55,195 nt of DNA from a virus (taxonomy: Duplodnaviria; Caudoviricetes): positions 1 to 55,195 of IMG/VR virus record IMGVR_UViG_3300032323_002612. The stretch is one strand, 5' to 3'. Below are positions 1 to 8,509 of this stretch, one piece after another. Made by a program: the position numbers and the translations under genes. Under the pieces are notes generated by a model. The model saw nothing but the letters and a program-made list of their open reading frames with translations, was not told the origin of the DNA and searched no databases. Within the stretch, counting starts at the first letter, position 1. Each line of letters opens with the position of its first letter.

Positions 1-1027
1 ACTGTGCAACATACTGGTCGTACACTTGTTGGCTGGCAAGATTCTTGCCCTTGGCTTCGACCTCGATGTCAAACTGGTCAGTAAATGTCAAAGCCCACTC
101 AGTCACAGCTGAATTCCACATAAAGTCTGAATGTGCACGAATCTTTTGTTTCTTCATGCCCTGACCAAGAAGAGCTGCAAGATCTGGGCGAGTTCGGGGG
201 CAATGGCCCACAAGAAGATCTTCGCGGCTAACACTGTAATGCATGCCAGGGCGCACACCACGCCAACTGTCAGCAACCCGCTGAACGCGATCATCCTGGG
301 CACTGATGTATTCGCCAGTGTTGACCCAATGGTGATGTACGTCCAACACAAGAGCCACATGCTGGCCCACAGTAAGAGTAGAGTCAAGGCCATTTGTTAT
401 TTCGTCATTTTCTATGGTAATAAGGTTGCGGGCTTCGGGAGTCAGGCGACCCAGAGTCTGCAAGAACTTGGCGGTACCACCCTTGCCGCTCAAGTGCACA
501 TTGATCATAAATCCGTGATCATGCCATGTTGAACCGTAACCCATCCAACGAGCCATGTCTGCATGATACTCGAATTCCAGGATACTGCGTTCCACAATTT
601 CGTCAGCTTCAGATGCCAACACACAAAACTGTCCGGGATGGAAGCTGAGTCGCACACCCAATCTGCGAGCAGTTTCGCCAATAGGTGCAAAGATTTGTTC
701 CAGGTGTCGTTGAATGTCGGGCTGTTGCCACCAGTCGATCCAGCTGGGTTCTGTGTAGCCTTGCAGCATTTCACTACCCAGTCGAACCATACGCCGTTCT
801 GGTGGCAGTGTGGCCACACGCTCGATCATGCGAACGGCTGCGGCAGCATTGTGATTCATGATGTCCCATTGCCGCTGTTCGGCTTGGTCCTTGTGCTCAC
901 GAAGCCATCGCATTGTAGTTGAACGCCCGTTAAGGTCCCGGTCTACTGCATTGACTTTCATGCCGCCGCATTCGGACGGGTCATTGAGCCATTTGCAACA
1001 GAAGCCAATTCGAGGATGTGTATTCAT
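1..1027 (-). CDS. uvsE: UV damage endonuclease (UvsE/UvdE family); 3' end runs off the window
   Basis: Absent from the ORF track because there is no stop in the window. Manual translation from ATG 1027 gives MNTHPRIGFCCKW...RLSFHPGQFCVLAS...LITIENDE...LVLDVHHHW...RAHSDF...DIEVEAKGKNLA, the UvsE motif series. Confidence 0.85.
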   Translation of the reverse strand, partial: MNTHPRIGFCCKWLNDPSECGGMKVNAVDRDLNGRSTTMRWLREHKDQAEQRQWDIMNHNAAAAVRMIERVATLPPERRMVRLGSEMLQGYTEPSWIDWWQQPDIQRHLEQIFAPIGETARRLGVRLSFHPGQFCVLASEADEIVERSILEFEYHADMARWMGYGSTWHDHGFMINVHLSGKGGTAKFLQTLGRLTPEARNLITIENDEITNGLDSTLTVGQHVALVLDVHHHWVNTGEYISAQDDRVQRVADSWRGVRPGMHYSVSREDLLVGHCPRTRPDLAALLGQGMKKQKIRAHSDFMWNSAVTEWALTFTDQFDIEVEAKGKNLASQQVYDQYVAQ

Positions 1028-1033
1028 GCTTGT

Positions 1034-1062
1034 ATTATACAACAAAGCTGAATATTGGTCAA
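1034..1062 (-). promoter_or_regulatory. sigma70-type promoter TTGACC-N17-TATAAT, 6 nt before the uvsE ATG (leaderless)
   Basis: Plus strand reads attata at 1034-1039 and ggtcaa at 1057-1062, with a 17-nt spacer. Confidence 0.8.
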
Positions 1063-1976
1063 CCACGTACCAAATCCAGGGTCGTGCAGTGAAAACCACC
1101 GCCCAAGGTTCGGCTGTGTCGCAAAGTGTGTGGAATTACTGTCATGCCCAGACGGTTTTCCAGGTTGTGAATTAGGTCAGTTTGGGCAGCATCCACAATC
1201 ACCGTGTGTGGATCAATGCTCAACATGTTGATAGCAATCCATTTTGACGCATAGGGATATTGGTAAAAATCCTGTGCCTTTACTTCGTTTACATACAGTA
1301 TGGTTTTGTCCTGCAACATCTTTGGCAATGTTTTTGCGTTGACTCTGCTGCCATTGACCACAAAGGTGTTTTGATTCAGGGCCACAATGGTTGAATCAAT
1401 GTGCACACCAGCATAGAAGTTGCACAACTCAATCTCCACATCGGGTACTTGTTTGCACAACCATTCGTAGGCAGCACGGTTGCCTGACGCTGACTCCAAA
1501 AACAACCATTTGTGACGTTCTATTCGCAACACATTGGCAGCGTCCAGAACCATGCCTGCGTTGCGTGGCATGTGAACAATGCTGCCTGCATCTTCTAGGT
1601 AGTCAATGTAGCACTGATACTCCATGTCTCGGCTGGGATACATCATGGCAGGATTGATGATTTTGTCACCATACACAATGAATCTGTCACGTGGGCAGTA
1701 GTTGTACATGCCATCATGTGTTTGAAAGTTCATGGCTTGAGGACGCACTACTTCTACGCCATGATCAGTCAGTATTTTGCACAGGCCTTCAAGATCCTGG
1801 TTGGCTTCGTCTATGATGCGTTGCGGCACTGGCCCGGAAGGCAAGGGTGTTTCTTTCCACAGTGTGGTTTCAGCTTCGGCTCTAAACACAGGATCATGCT
1901 GTGGCCAGTTGGCATGTGTGGCATCGCCCACTATGATTTTTTTCAGTGTGTCGTATTCGTTGTAGCTGGAGATCAT
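1059..1976 (-). CDS. Amidinotransferase (glycine/inosamine-phosphate amidinotransferase family)
   Basis: SYNEYDTLKKIIVG start, YNYCPRD, VHIDST and C-terminal RTLGGGFHCTTLDLVR (catalytic His and Cys). Confidence 0.85.
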   Translation of the reverse strand: MISSYNEYDTLKKIIVGDATHANWPQHDPVFRAEAETTLWKETPLPSGPVPQRIIDEANQDLEGLCKILTDHGVEVVRPQAMNFQTHDGMYNYCPRDRFIVYGDKIINPAMMYPSRDMEYQCYIDYLEDAGSIVHMPRNAGMVLDAANVLRIERHKWLFLESASGNRAAYEWLCKQVPDVEIELCNFYAGVHIDSTIVALNQNTFVVNGSRVNAKTLPKMLQDKTILYVNEVKAQDFYQYPYASKWIAINMLSIDPHTVIVDAAQTDLIHNLENRLGMTVIPHTLRHSRTLGGGFHCTTLDLVRG

Positions 1977-2491
1977 GAGTGTCCTGTGATTTGTAGTGTG
2001 TATCGATCTGCGAGTCCAATGTTGGCGGCCATGTGCGGCACATCATATACCCATTGTACCACTTGGCCTGCACGCCAGTCGACCACAGGCACACCGTCAA
2101 CTTCAAGATAGTGTCCGCTTTGCCAATCTTCCAGCAGTACCAATGCTCGGTTGATGGTGTGCTCACGTCCTTTTAGATCAAACAATTCTATGTATCGTTT
2201 GTATAGGTCTTGATGCACAGGCATCACTGTGCCTGTGCTCATGCGATAAAACGCAAGACCAATGTCCTTCCAACCTAGCTCTGTGTAGATTTTCATAAAG
2301 CGATCAACCCAGGTGGGCAGTCTGTGACGCATGTCGCACAAGTCACCACAGATTTTGGTGTGATATCCTTGTGTGGTCCAGATGGCCACACTGGCAGGGT
2401 CGTTAAACGGCTCTTGTATGTACTCAAGCCGTTTGAATTCATCATCCCAGAACACTGGGAGACAATACTTATTGACCGCGGGTGTTGCCAT
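1973..2491 (-). CDS. Putative cupin/2OG-Fe(II) oxygenase-like protein
   Basis: HxD motif (MPVHQD), distal His (PHMAANIG) and R-x-T-L-Q-I-T-G terminal strand. Confidence 0.55.
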   Translation of the reverse strand: MATPAVNKYCLPVFWDDEFKRLEYIQEPFNDPASVAIWTTQGYHTKICGDLCDMRHRLPTWVDRFMKIYTELGWKDIGLAFYRMSTGTVMPVHQDLYKRYIELFDLKGREHTINRALVLLEDWQSGHYLEVDGVPVVDWRAGQVVQWVYDVPHMAANIGLADRYTLQITGHS

Positions 2492-3707
2492 AGTGAACAA
2501 CTCGGACATTGGCCGTAGATGTTAACTTACGCCACGGATCCACAATCACAGATCCTGGTTTGATATCGCAATAGGCCTGTGTGTCTTTTTGCTCACCGGT
2601 GTATTCGTAAGTAATCTTGCGATTGTGTGCCCATAAAAATACCGCAGGGGTATCAACTTCTTTAACCACTTCGTCCATGTTGTCTGCTAACGGATCAACA
2701 TACACAACAGGCATGCCTGCTTCTTTGACATAGTGTCCCACCAAGGTCGAATAGCTGCCAATACAGTATTCAACATCGGGCTTGTAGGCTTTGCCGTGAA
2801 TCACAATTGGCAACCCTGTTGCTCGTGCTTGCTCTACCAAGAACAACGCCAAGTTTTTGGCTTGAATTTCTCTAGCATGCATGATGGTATCAAACAAGTC
2901 ATAGCCCACATCATAGTGTTCAGCCAACCAACGCAGGGCAATGTTGTCACGTGGATGGCAAGCACCTGCGTCGCCCATACCTGCTGTCATGTACTTGGGA
3001 CCTTGCAATCGCATAGTGCTTCGTGCCAGGGCGTTTGTGACAACGTCAACATTGATGTTGCCAATCTTCATAGCAAAGTCTTGGATCATGTTTACAATAC
3101 CAACCTTGGCCGAAATGTAGGTGTTGTAGAAGATCTTGATGGCTTCGCACTCGTCCCAGGTGCCGATTTCGTAACGTGGGTCGTTGTTCATGATGGTCTT
3201 GTACAGTTCGATCAGTTCGCCTGCAATGCCAGTGAGTTCACCGTCTTCGGTGCCAATGATAACCATTTCAGGATTGGCCATGTCCCACTTTACTGAACCC
3301 ATAGCAATGAGATAAGGATTGTATAAGAACTGATGCTTCTTGTCCAACAGAGGCACAAACTTGGCTCGTGTAGTGCCTGGCAATACTGTGGAGATCAACA
3401 CAACCTTCTTGCTGGTTTTGGCATGCTGATTGACTTTGTTGATAGCGTCAATTACAGCGTCGTGACCAAAGTCTTTTGGTGTCATGTGACTCGAAGGTAC
3501 TGATCCGTCATAGCCCTCAGCATGCGGTGTGGGCACAGCAATAAAGATCCACTCGCTTTCGTTTACCAACTCGTCAATGTCGCAGACTTTGACACTGTTG
3601 CTGGTGCGTGGGTAAATGTCGTAGCCACGAACTTCGTGTTTTTCAGCCATAACTTCGGCACAGTCAAGGCCAAGTTTACCGATACCGATAAATCCAATTT
3701 TTTTCAT
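2469..3707 (-). CDS. UDP-glucose/GDP-mannose dehydrogenase family protein
   Basis: GFIGIGKLG Rossmann motif, AVPTP, STVLPGTT, IKIFYNTY, GACHPRD (catalytic Cys) and AYKPD. Confidence 0.9.
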   Translation of the reverse strand: MKKIGFIGIGKLGLDCAEVMAEKHEVRGYDIYPRTSNSVKVCDIDELVNESEWIFIAVPTPHAEGYDGSVPSSHMTPKDFGHDAVIDAINKVNQHAKTSKKVVLISTVLPGTTRAKFVPLLDKKHQFLYNPYLIAMGSVKWDMANPEMVIIGTEDGELTGIAGELIELYKTIMNNDPRYEIGTWDECEAIKIFYNTYISAKVGIVNMIQDFAMKIGNINVDVVTNALARSTMRLQGPKYMTAGMGDAGACHPRDNIALRWLAEHYDVGYDLFDTIMHAREIQAKNLALFLVEQARATGLPIVIHGKAYKPDVEYCIGSYSTLVGHYVKEAGMPVVYVDPLADNMDEVVKEVDTPAVFLWAHNRKITYEYTGEQKDTQAYCDIKPGSVIVDPWRKLTSTANVRVVHYGNTRGQ

Positions 3708-3783
3708 GTATGAGTGTTCCTTTAGATAGATTATACAACCTGCAGATAGCATCAACAACCACTGCGATAATTTAATTTATGGG

Positions 3784-3805
3784 ATTTTGCCGTGGGTGGC
3801 AAAAT
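3784..3805. terminator. Intergenic hairpin ATTTTGCC-N6-GGCAAAAT (possible terminator)
   Basis: Perfect 8-bp inverted repeat between two genes. Confidence 0.4.
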
Positions 3806-3811
3806 AAACAC

Positions 3812-4660
3812 TCAGGCTGTGCGTTTGAGTCGATCTAACACAGCGTCAAGATTGTACACAGTGTCTGTGGCATAGTCAAATGACAGGATCTGCCCCTGGG
3901 GATTCTTGTCGCTGACCACATTGAAGTCTGCGGGAAAATCTCTGTGTGTCAATGCTTCCAAACTCTTGAATTCAAATCGCTGTTGCGTAGTCAACACAAC
4001 GTTGTGATTCTGATACACTGACCAATTGGCCAACAGTTCGTATTCGCTGAACCATTTTACACCAGCACCATAATCCCAAGGAGTTTGATCAATTACGGTG
4101 TCTAGCCAGTGTCCTGAGAAAGTAGCAGCAATGCGTTCACGCAATGCAATCCAATCCCTTTTGAAAACCGGCATCATGTCACACACAAACGAATGCGGGT
4201 ATGGTCTTGGAAGCCCAGTGAGATTTTCAGCAGCTTGGTAATATCCCCAGTGATGATTGACGTTGGGCTGACAGAACAAATTTAGTTCATTGTCGATCAA
4301 GCACGAATAGGGTTGACTGCAAAATGTGTCAGCATCTTGCACAAACAACAGGTCTGCATCCACATGGTCTACACAGGCCAACTTCAGTGCTTGTTGAAAC
4401 AACCAACTGCCACGATAGTCATTGGTGAGATACCAGTTGTTGATTTGCGGATACTGTTGTGTTAGCTCTTCATCAGTGATGTACACAAACCCTGTGGTAT
4501 CGATATTGTAACGTTCAAAAACTTTTTGCAAGCGGTCGCCGGCCAAGGGACTCACAATATAGGTGTTGTCAAATTGATCAAGATTGTGATCAAACTGCAA
4601 AGAAAGGCAAGCATTGCCAATACGATGTGCCCCCACTGGCATAATTCTTGCTGTTTTCAC
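3812..4660 (-). CDS. Putative GT-A-like glycosyltransferase (DUF6492-like)
   Basis: GSWLFQQALKL, QDADT (DxD) and FSEYELLAN motifs; GTG start with GGAGG SD. Confidence 0.55.
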   Translation of the reverse strand: MKTARIMPVGAHRIGNACLSLQFDHNLDQFDNTYIVSPLAGDRLQKVFERYNIDTTGFVYITDEELTQQYPQINNWYLTNDYRGSWLFQQALKLACVDHVDADLLFVQDADTFCSQPYSCLIDNELNLFCQPNVNHHWGYYQAAENLTGLPRPYPHSFVCDMMPVFKRDWIALRERIAATFSGHWLDTVIDQTPWDYGAGVKWFSEYELLANWSVYQNHNVVLTTQQRFEFKSLEALTHRDFPADFNVVSDKNPQGQILSFDYATDTVYNLDAVLDRLKRTA

Positions 4661-4681
4661 GTTGCCTCCTGATATAGACTA

Positions 4682-5044
4682 TTATTTATCGGAGGTTACT
4701 GTGTAGGAGCCATCCCATGTTGCATCAGGTGGGTTACTGCGATATTGTTCCACACGTTGTTCAAGGTTGATATAAAAGCTGTCTAGTTCACCGTTCCATT
4801 TGCCCAACAACACTTGAATAGCTTGACCGCACTGATCCCATTCCTGATTGCGATAGTGTTGCAACAATTCACTGTGTAGTTGCTTGTTGGATTCAGCTAT
4901 GGGAAACTCTTGCAAAGGAATTTTGTCAATCACACAGTATGCGGTAATTGCAACATTGTCTGGCGGTCGTCGCACAGTATCTAGTTCCAGCACAGTGTGG
5001 CCATTGGGTATTTGTGCAGCAGTGTCTCCAAAAATAATGTACAT
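4682..5044 (-). CDS. Hypothetical protein resembling the C-terminal tail of class III adenylate cyclases
   Basis: ELDTVR, YRNQEWD and PPDATWDG motifs; no cyclase core. Confidence 0.45.
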   Translation of the reverse strand: MYIIFGDTAAQIPNGHTVLELDTVRRPPDNVAITAYCVIDKIPLQEFPIAESNKQLHSELLQHYRNQEWDQCGQAIQVLLGKWNGELDSFYINLEQRVEQYRSNPPDATWDGSYTVTSDK

Positions 5045-5065
5045 GTGTTTTCCTTTTAAATATGT

Positions 5066-5857
5066 ATGATGACTTTTACATTTGACTTAATTTCTGATTT
5101 GCACGTAGAAACCTGGCCTGCAGTTGACTGGAGTGTTGTTCCCACTAGCCCAATATGTATTGTGGCCGGCGATGTCAGCCGTGATCGTAGACATGTTGTA
5201 GAAACTCTACGCGAGCTAGGTCGCAGCTATCAAGCAGTGTTCTATATCGACGGCAATGACGAACATGAACTACATCTAGATAATTTGGGCTACAGCTATG
5301 CCGATCTTGTGCACAAGATCAACAGAATACCCAATGTGGTGTATCTTCAAGACAATGTAGTTGTAGTAGACGGCGTGGCAATCCTGGGCACCAATGGTTG
5401 GTGGGGGTTTGATTTTGATCTCGGTATAGATCCCACGGGCAGTGCACAACAGTTCCAAGAACAGCATGCCCTTAGCAACGAAGCAATCAAGGCCATCAGC
5501 AGAATGTCCAACACAGATGCCATGTACATGGTGAACTCAGTGAAACGACTGCAAACTCATCCAGATGTCAAAAAGATTGTAATGGTCACGCACACAGTAC
5601 CTGATGCGTCATTGATCGCACACGACATCAATCTAGAAGGACGCCTGGCATTCAACACCATGGGCAACAGACTGATGCAACAGGCTCTCACTGTTGACAG
5701 CGAACGCAAAATACATACCTGGTGCTTTGGGCACTACCCAGGCTCGGTGGACCAGATACGTGGAGGTATTCGATACGTCAACAACTGCAAGGGAAAGGGC
5801 AATACAGCATGGTGTCACCATGTGTATCACCCCTTGAGAATCACCGTGGATTATTGA
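5066..5857 (+). CDS. Calcineurin-like metallophosphoesterase (variant motifs)
   Basis: SDLH, AGD, GNDE, VTH and FGHY motifs. Confidence 0.75.
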   Translation: MMTFTFDLISDLHVETWPAVDWSVVPTSPICIVAGDVSRDRRHVVETLRELGRSYQAVFYIDGNDEHELHLDNLGYSYADLVHKINRIPNVVYLQDNVVVVDGVAILGTNGWWGFDFDLGIDPTGSAQQFQEQHALSNEAIKAISRMSNTDAMYMVNSVKRLQTHPDVKKIVMVTHTVPDASLIAHDINLEGRLAFNTMGNRLMQQALTVDSERKIHTWCFGHYPGSVDQIRGGIRYVNNCKGKGNTAWCHHVYHPLRITVDY

Positions 5858-6162
5858 ATAGTGTCCGGTTCCAGTTTGATCTGCAACGGAAAGCTCATGG
5901 CTCTAGCACTCACAGTAACTTCAATGCCTTTTTGTTCAGCAATTTCAAAAGGCAGCACTGCAACCACAGCTGATCCTGCTTCGTGAATGTCTTCGGTGAT
6001 GGTAAATGCAGTTTCCTCGTTGTAGTCAAAAAACTCCATTAAACTGTCGATCACAAACTCCATTGTGGTTTGATTGTCATTGAGATAAATCACCTTGTAC
6101 ATTGGCGGTTCTTTCACTGCCTCTGAAGGTTTGATACGTGTTTTTGTTTCAGATTGAGACAT
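5851..6162 (-). CDS. clpS: ATP-dependent Clp protease adaptor ClpS
   Basis: PPMYKVIYLND..TTMEFV...IHEAGSAVV...EIAEQK...FPLQIKLE; start moved to ATG 6162. Confidence 0.88.
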   Translation of the reverse strand: MSQSETKTRIKPSEAVKEPPMYKVIYLNDNQTTMEFVIDSLMEFFDYNEETAFTITEDIHEAGSAVVAVLPFEIAEQKGIEVTVSARAMSFPLQIKLEPDTIQ

Positions 6163-6838
6163 TGCCTGTTCCTTTGTTGTAATGTGCATGAATTTGCACG
6201 AGGTCTTTGTTGATAAACTTGTTGTACTTGTGCCAGTTTCCTGAGCAATGTATCTGTGATGCCAAGAAGAACACACCACTACCAGCAGTATAGCGAAAAA
6301 CGCCATCGGGTGTCAACCAGTCCAAAAAGTATTGCTGATGAACTGGATCAATTGAATGTTCAATGTCTTCGGTTTCACTGACGTTGCAGATCTTGGTATC
6401 TGGATTGGGGGCAGGGGTAGCCCAGTCGTGCAGCATCTGACTGAGATGATCATTGCTGCGAGCTTCTTCTTTGCACAGTATCACATTGAATTCAGGATGT
6501 GTGTCCAGTGCAATAATAACAGTATAGGTCGGAACATCATAATGTTTGCAATAGTCATCCACATGTGTGCTGTGTGGTAGACTTTGACGTTGATAGTTGG
6601 CCCATATGTTTTGGCATCCTGGCAAAAAGTGATGAGTAACTCTTTTTACAATATCCCAACACTGCTGACTTTTTGACGGTTCAATCAACAGTCTATGATC
6701 AATTATGGGTCCTTGATCAATCATGAGATGATCGTCGGTGGTAGCATTCACATACTTTTCTGTAGAGAATGTGTTGTAGTATTGTTTGAATAATGCAATC
6801 TCATCTGCAGTGATAAGATTGTGTTCAATTTGTGCCAT
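6149..6838 (-). CDS. Hypothetical protein, possible 2OG-Fe(II) oxygenase-like
   Basis: Long ORF with HVD and a distal IHCS; AAGGA upstream of ATG 6838. Confidence 0.45.
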   Translation of the reverse strand: MAQIEHNLITADEIALFKQYYNTFSTEKYVNATTDDHLMIDQGPIIDHRLLIEPSKSQQCWDIVKRVTHHFLPGCQNIWANYQRQSLPHSTHVDDYCKHYDVPTYTVIIALDTHPEFNVILCKEEARSNDHLSQMLHDWATPAPNPDTKICNVSETEDIEHSIDPVHQQYFLDWLTPDGVFRYTAGSGVFFLASQIHCSGNWHKYNKFINKDLVQIHAHYNKGTGNVSI

Positions 6839-6851
6839 TGTGATCCTTGAA

Positions 6852-6873
6852 AGTGGCAAGTTTCCTTGCCACT
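6852..6873 (-). terminator. Hairpin AGTGGCAAG-GAAA-CTTGCCACT after hsp20
   Basis: 9-bp stem, GAAA tetraloop on the minus strand, short T run. Confidence 0.55.
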
Positions 6874-6887
6874 GTATTTACACTACA

Positions 6888-7346
6888 TCAAGCAGTATAG
6901 CTGATAGCAATGGTCTTTGGTTTGGCTTCTTCGGGCACTTCACGTTTCAAGTGAATGCTCAAGATACCCAGTTCAAGATGTGCATTGGTGATTTCCACAT
7001 GATCAGCCAGTGTGAATTCTCTGCGGAAACTGCGTTCGCTGATGCCCTTGTGCAGGTATTTTGTTTCAGCATCTTCATTGTCCGCAGTCTCACGGCTGTG
7101 CTTGCCTTCAACCACCAGGGTCTTTTTGTCTTTGGTCACTGTCAGGTTGTCGTGTCCAAATCCAGCCACAGCTAGACTGATCATGTACTCATCATCACTG
7201 ATTTGCACAATGTCATAGGGTGGATAGTTGGTGTTGCTTTGTTGAGCAGTCACACGCATGAGTTCATCAAACATGTTGTCGAAACCGATACCAAATTTGT
7301 GAATTGCGGGAAGATCGAAACTGCGAAGGGTGAGAGTTTTTGTCAT
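6888..7346 (-). CDS. Small heat-shock protein Hsp20 (IbpA-like)
   Basis: IGFDNMFD, NYPPYDI, LAVAGF, YLHKGISERSFRREFTL and GILSIHL motifs. Confidence 0.93.
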   Translation of the reverse strand: MTKTLTLRSFDLPAIHKFGIGFDNMFDELMRVTAQQSNTNYPPYDIVQISDDEYMISLAVAGFGHDNLTVTKDKKTLVVEGKHSRETADNEDAETKYLHKGISERSFRREFTLADHVEITNAHLELGILSIHLKREVPEEAKPKTIAISYTA

Positions 7347-7420
7347 TTGTTTTCTCCTTTATTAAGCAAGATGACGTTTTAAAATGTAGCCCGACCATCG
7401 GCACTACAAACATATTTATA
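7342..7420 (-). promoter_or_regulatory. hsp20 5' region: TATAAATA late-type promoter and ROSE-like hairpin covering SD and start codon
   Basis: Minus strand reads TATAAATA...TGTAG-CCGA/TCGG-CTACA hairpin...GTCATCTTGCTTAATAAAGGAGAAACAAATGAC. Confidence 0.6.
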
Positions 7421-7429
7421 CAGGAAATC

Positions 7430-7672
7430 TCAATTTCTGTCAATTTTCATTGGCTCAATTAAATGATAATCGGGCACAGGCAATGTGGGATTCCAGGTCA
7501 TGGCAAAGAAACTGTAGTGTGCATCATCGTCAAACGTAAATCTTTTGCCGTATTTGACTGTTTTGGTAAAGTAAGGAATACTATAGCGATCAGACCATGC
7601 ATGCATTTCATGATTGATCGCTGCTGTAATCATAGCCGACGGTGCGTACCTAAACTCTATGTACATATCCAT
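7430..7672 (-). CDS. Hypothetical protein
   Basis: 80-aa ORF in line with the operon. Confidence 0.6.
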   Translation of the reverse strand: MDMYIEFRYAPSAMITAAINHEMHAWSDRYSIPYFTKTVKYGKRFTFDDDAHYSFFAMTWNPTLPVPDYHLIEPMKIDRN

Positions 7673-8283
7673 TCTGCTAGTATGTCAGCGATGCGTTGAT
7701 GTCCCAGTTGGTTAGGGTGTCCCATATTTGGCCACACAAACCGATTCTTGGAGTTTTTGAGATGCATAATTTTACTGGTTCCGTTGGGTATTTCTGCACC
7801 TTCCAGAAACACATCAGCTATGGTATCTTTGTATATTTTAGTTTGATCAACTTCTGGCCAAAGTTCAACACGATCCCAACCCCAGATATAATAATCCTCT
7901 ATGTTGTGTTTTGCACACATGGACTGCAATGCCATCAAGGTTGTGTTGATACGATAATTTGTTAGTTCAGGACTGTTGTATTTTGCATACCAATCAGCAT
8001 CCCCAGAACTTGAGGGGTTGAGTTCTCGTGTACAATGTTCTTCCCACACCAAATCTCGATCTACGCCTGTGAGAAAGAATATTGCTTTTGTATCATTCGC
8101 CCCTTGTGCTATTGCACTTCTAAGCTGCAAGATCAGATGAGGAATGGAGGTTGATGCTTCTGCAAATGATTTTACATCATTGCATCCAACTCGTTGATAA
8201 AGCAACTGCCCATATGGATATTCGCCTGGTTGTAGTTCTGAACCATATGGCCAACTGTCACCAAAAACAAACAATGTTGCCAT
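7657..8283 (-). CDS. SGNH/GDSL hydrolase-like protein
   Basis: N-terminal VFGDSW and C-terminal GHPNQLGHQRIAD. Confidence 0.7.
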   Translation of the reverse strand: MATLFVFGDSWPYGSELQPGEYPYGQLLYQRVGCNDVKSFAEASTSIPHLILQLRSAIAQGANDTKAIFFLTGVDRDLVWEEHCTRELNPSSSGDADWYAKYNSPELTNYRINTTLMALQSMCAKHNIEDYYIWGWDRVELWPEVDQTKIYKDTIADVFLEGAEIPNGTSKIMHLKNSKNRFVWPNMGHPNQLGHQRIADILAEWICT

Positions 8284-8507
8284 TAAAACATTTTTTTGGG
8301 CAGTTCCTGCTCACGCATTTTTTTACGCCAGCGGCTCTTGGCAGCACTGGCTTTGAGTTTGCGAGCAGTCGTGGGTTTGACATAGTGTTCGCGATCTCGC
8401 AAGTCATTCAACAGCCCCGAAGCAGCTATTTTTTTCTTGAACTTACGCAAGGCACGATCTACGTTGCCATCCTGTACCAGTACTGATCTACCGTGTAATT
8501 TTTCCAT
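8283..8507 (-). CDS. rpsU: Phage-encoded ribosomal protein bS21
   Basis: NVDRALRKFKKK...LRDREHYVKPT...RK...AAKSRW. Confidence 0.9.
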   Translation of the reverse strand: MEKLHGRSVLVQDGNVDRALRKFKKKIAASGLLNDLRDREHYVKPTTARKLKASAAKSRWRKKMREQELPKKMF

Positions 8508-8509
8508 TT

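Noticed and set aside
131-1175. Short ORFs in the track over 131-1175, and most plus-strand ORFs elsewhere
   Set aside because: They are shadow frames of well-supported minus-strand genes, here uvsE.
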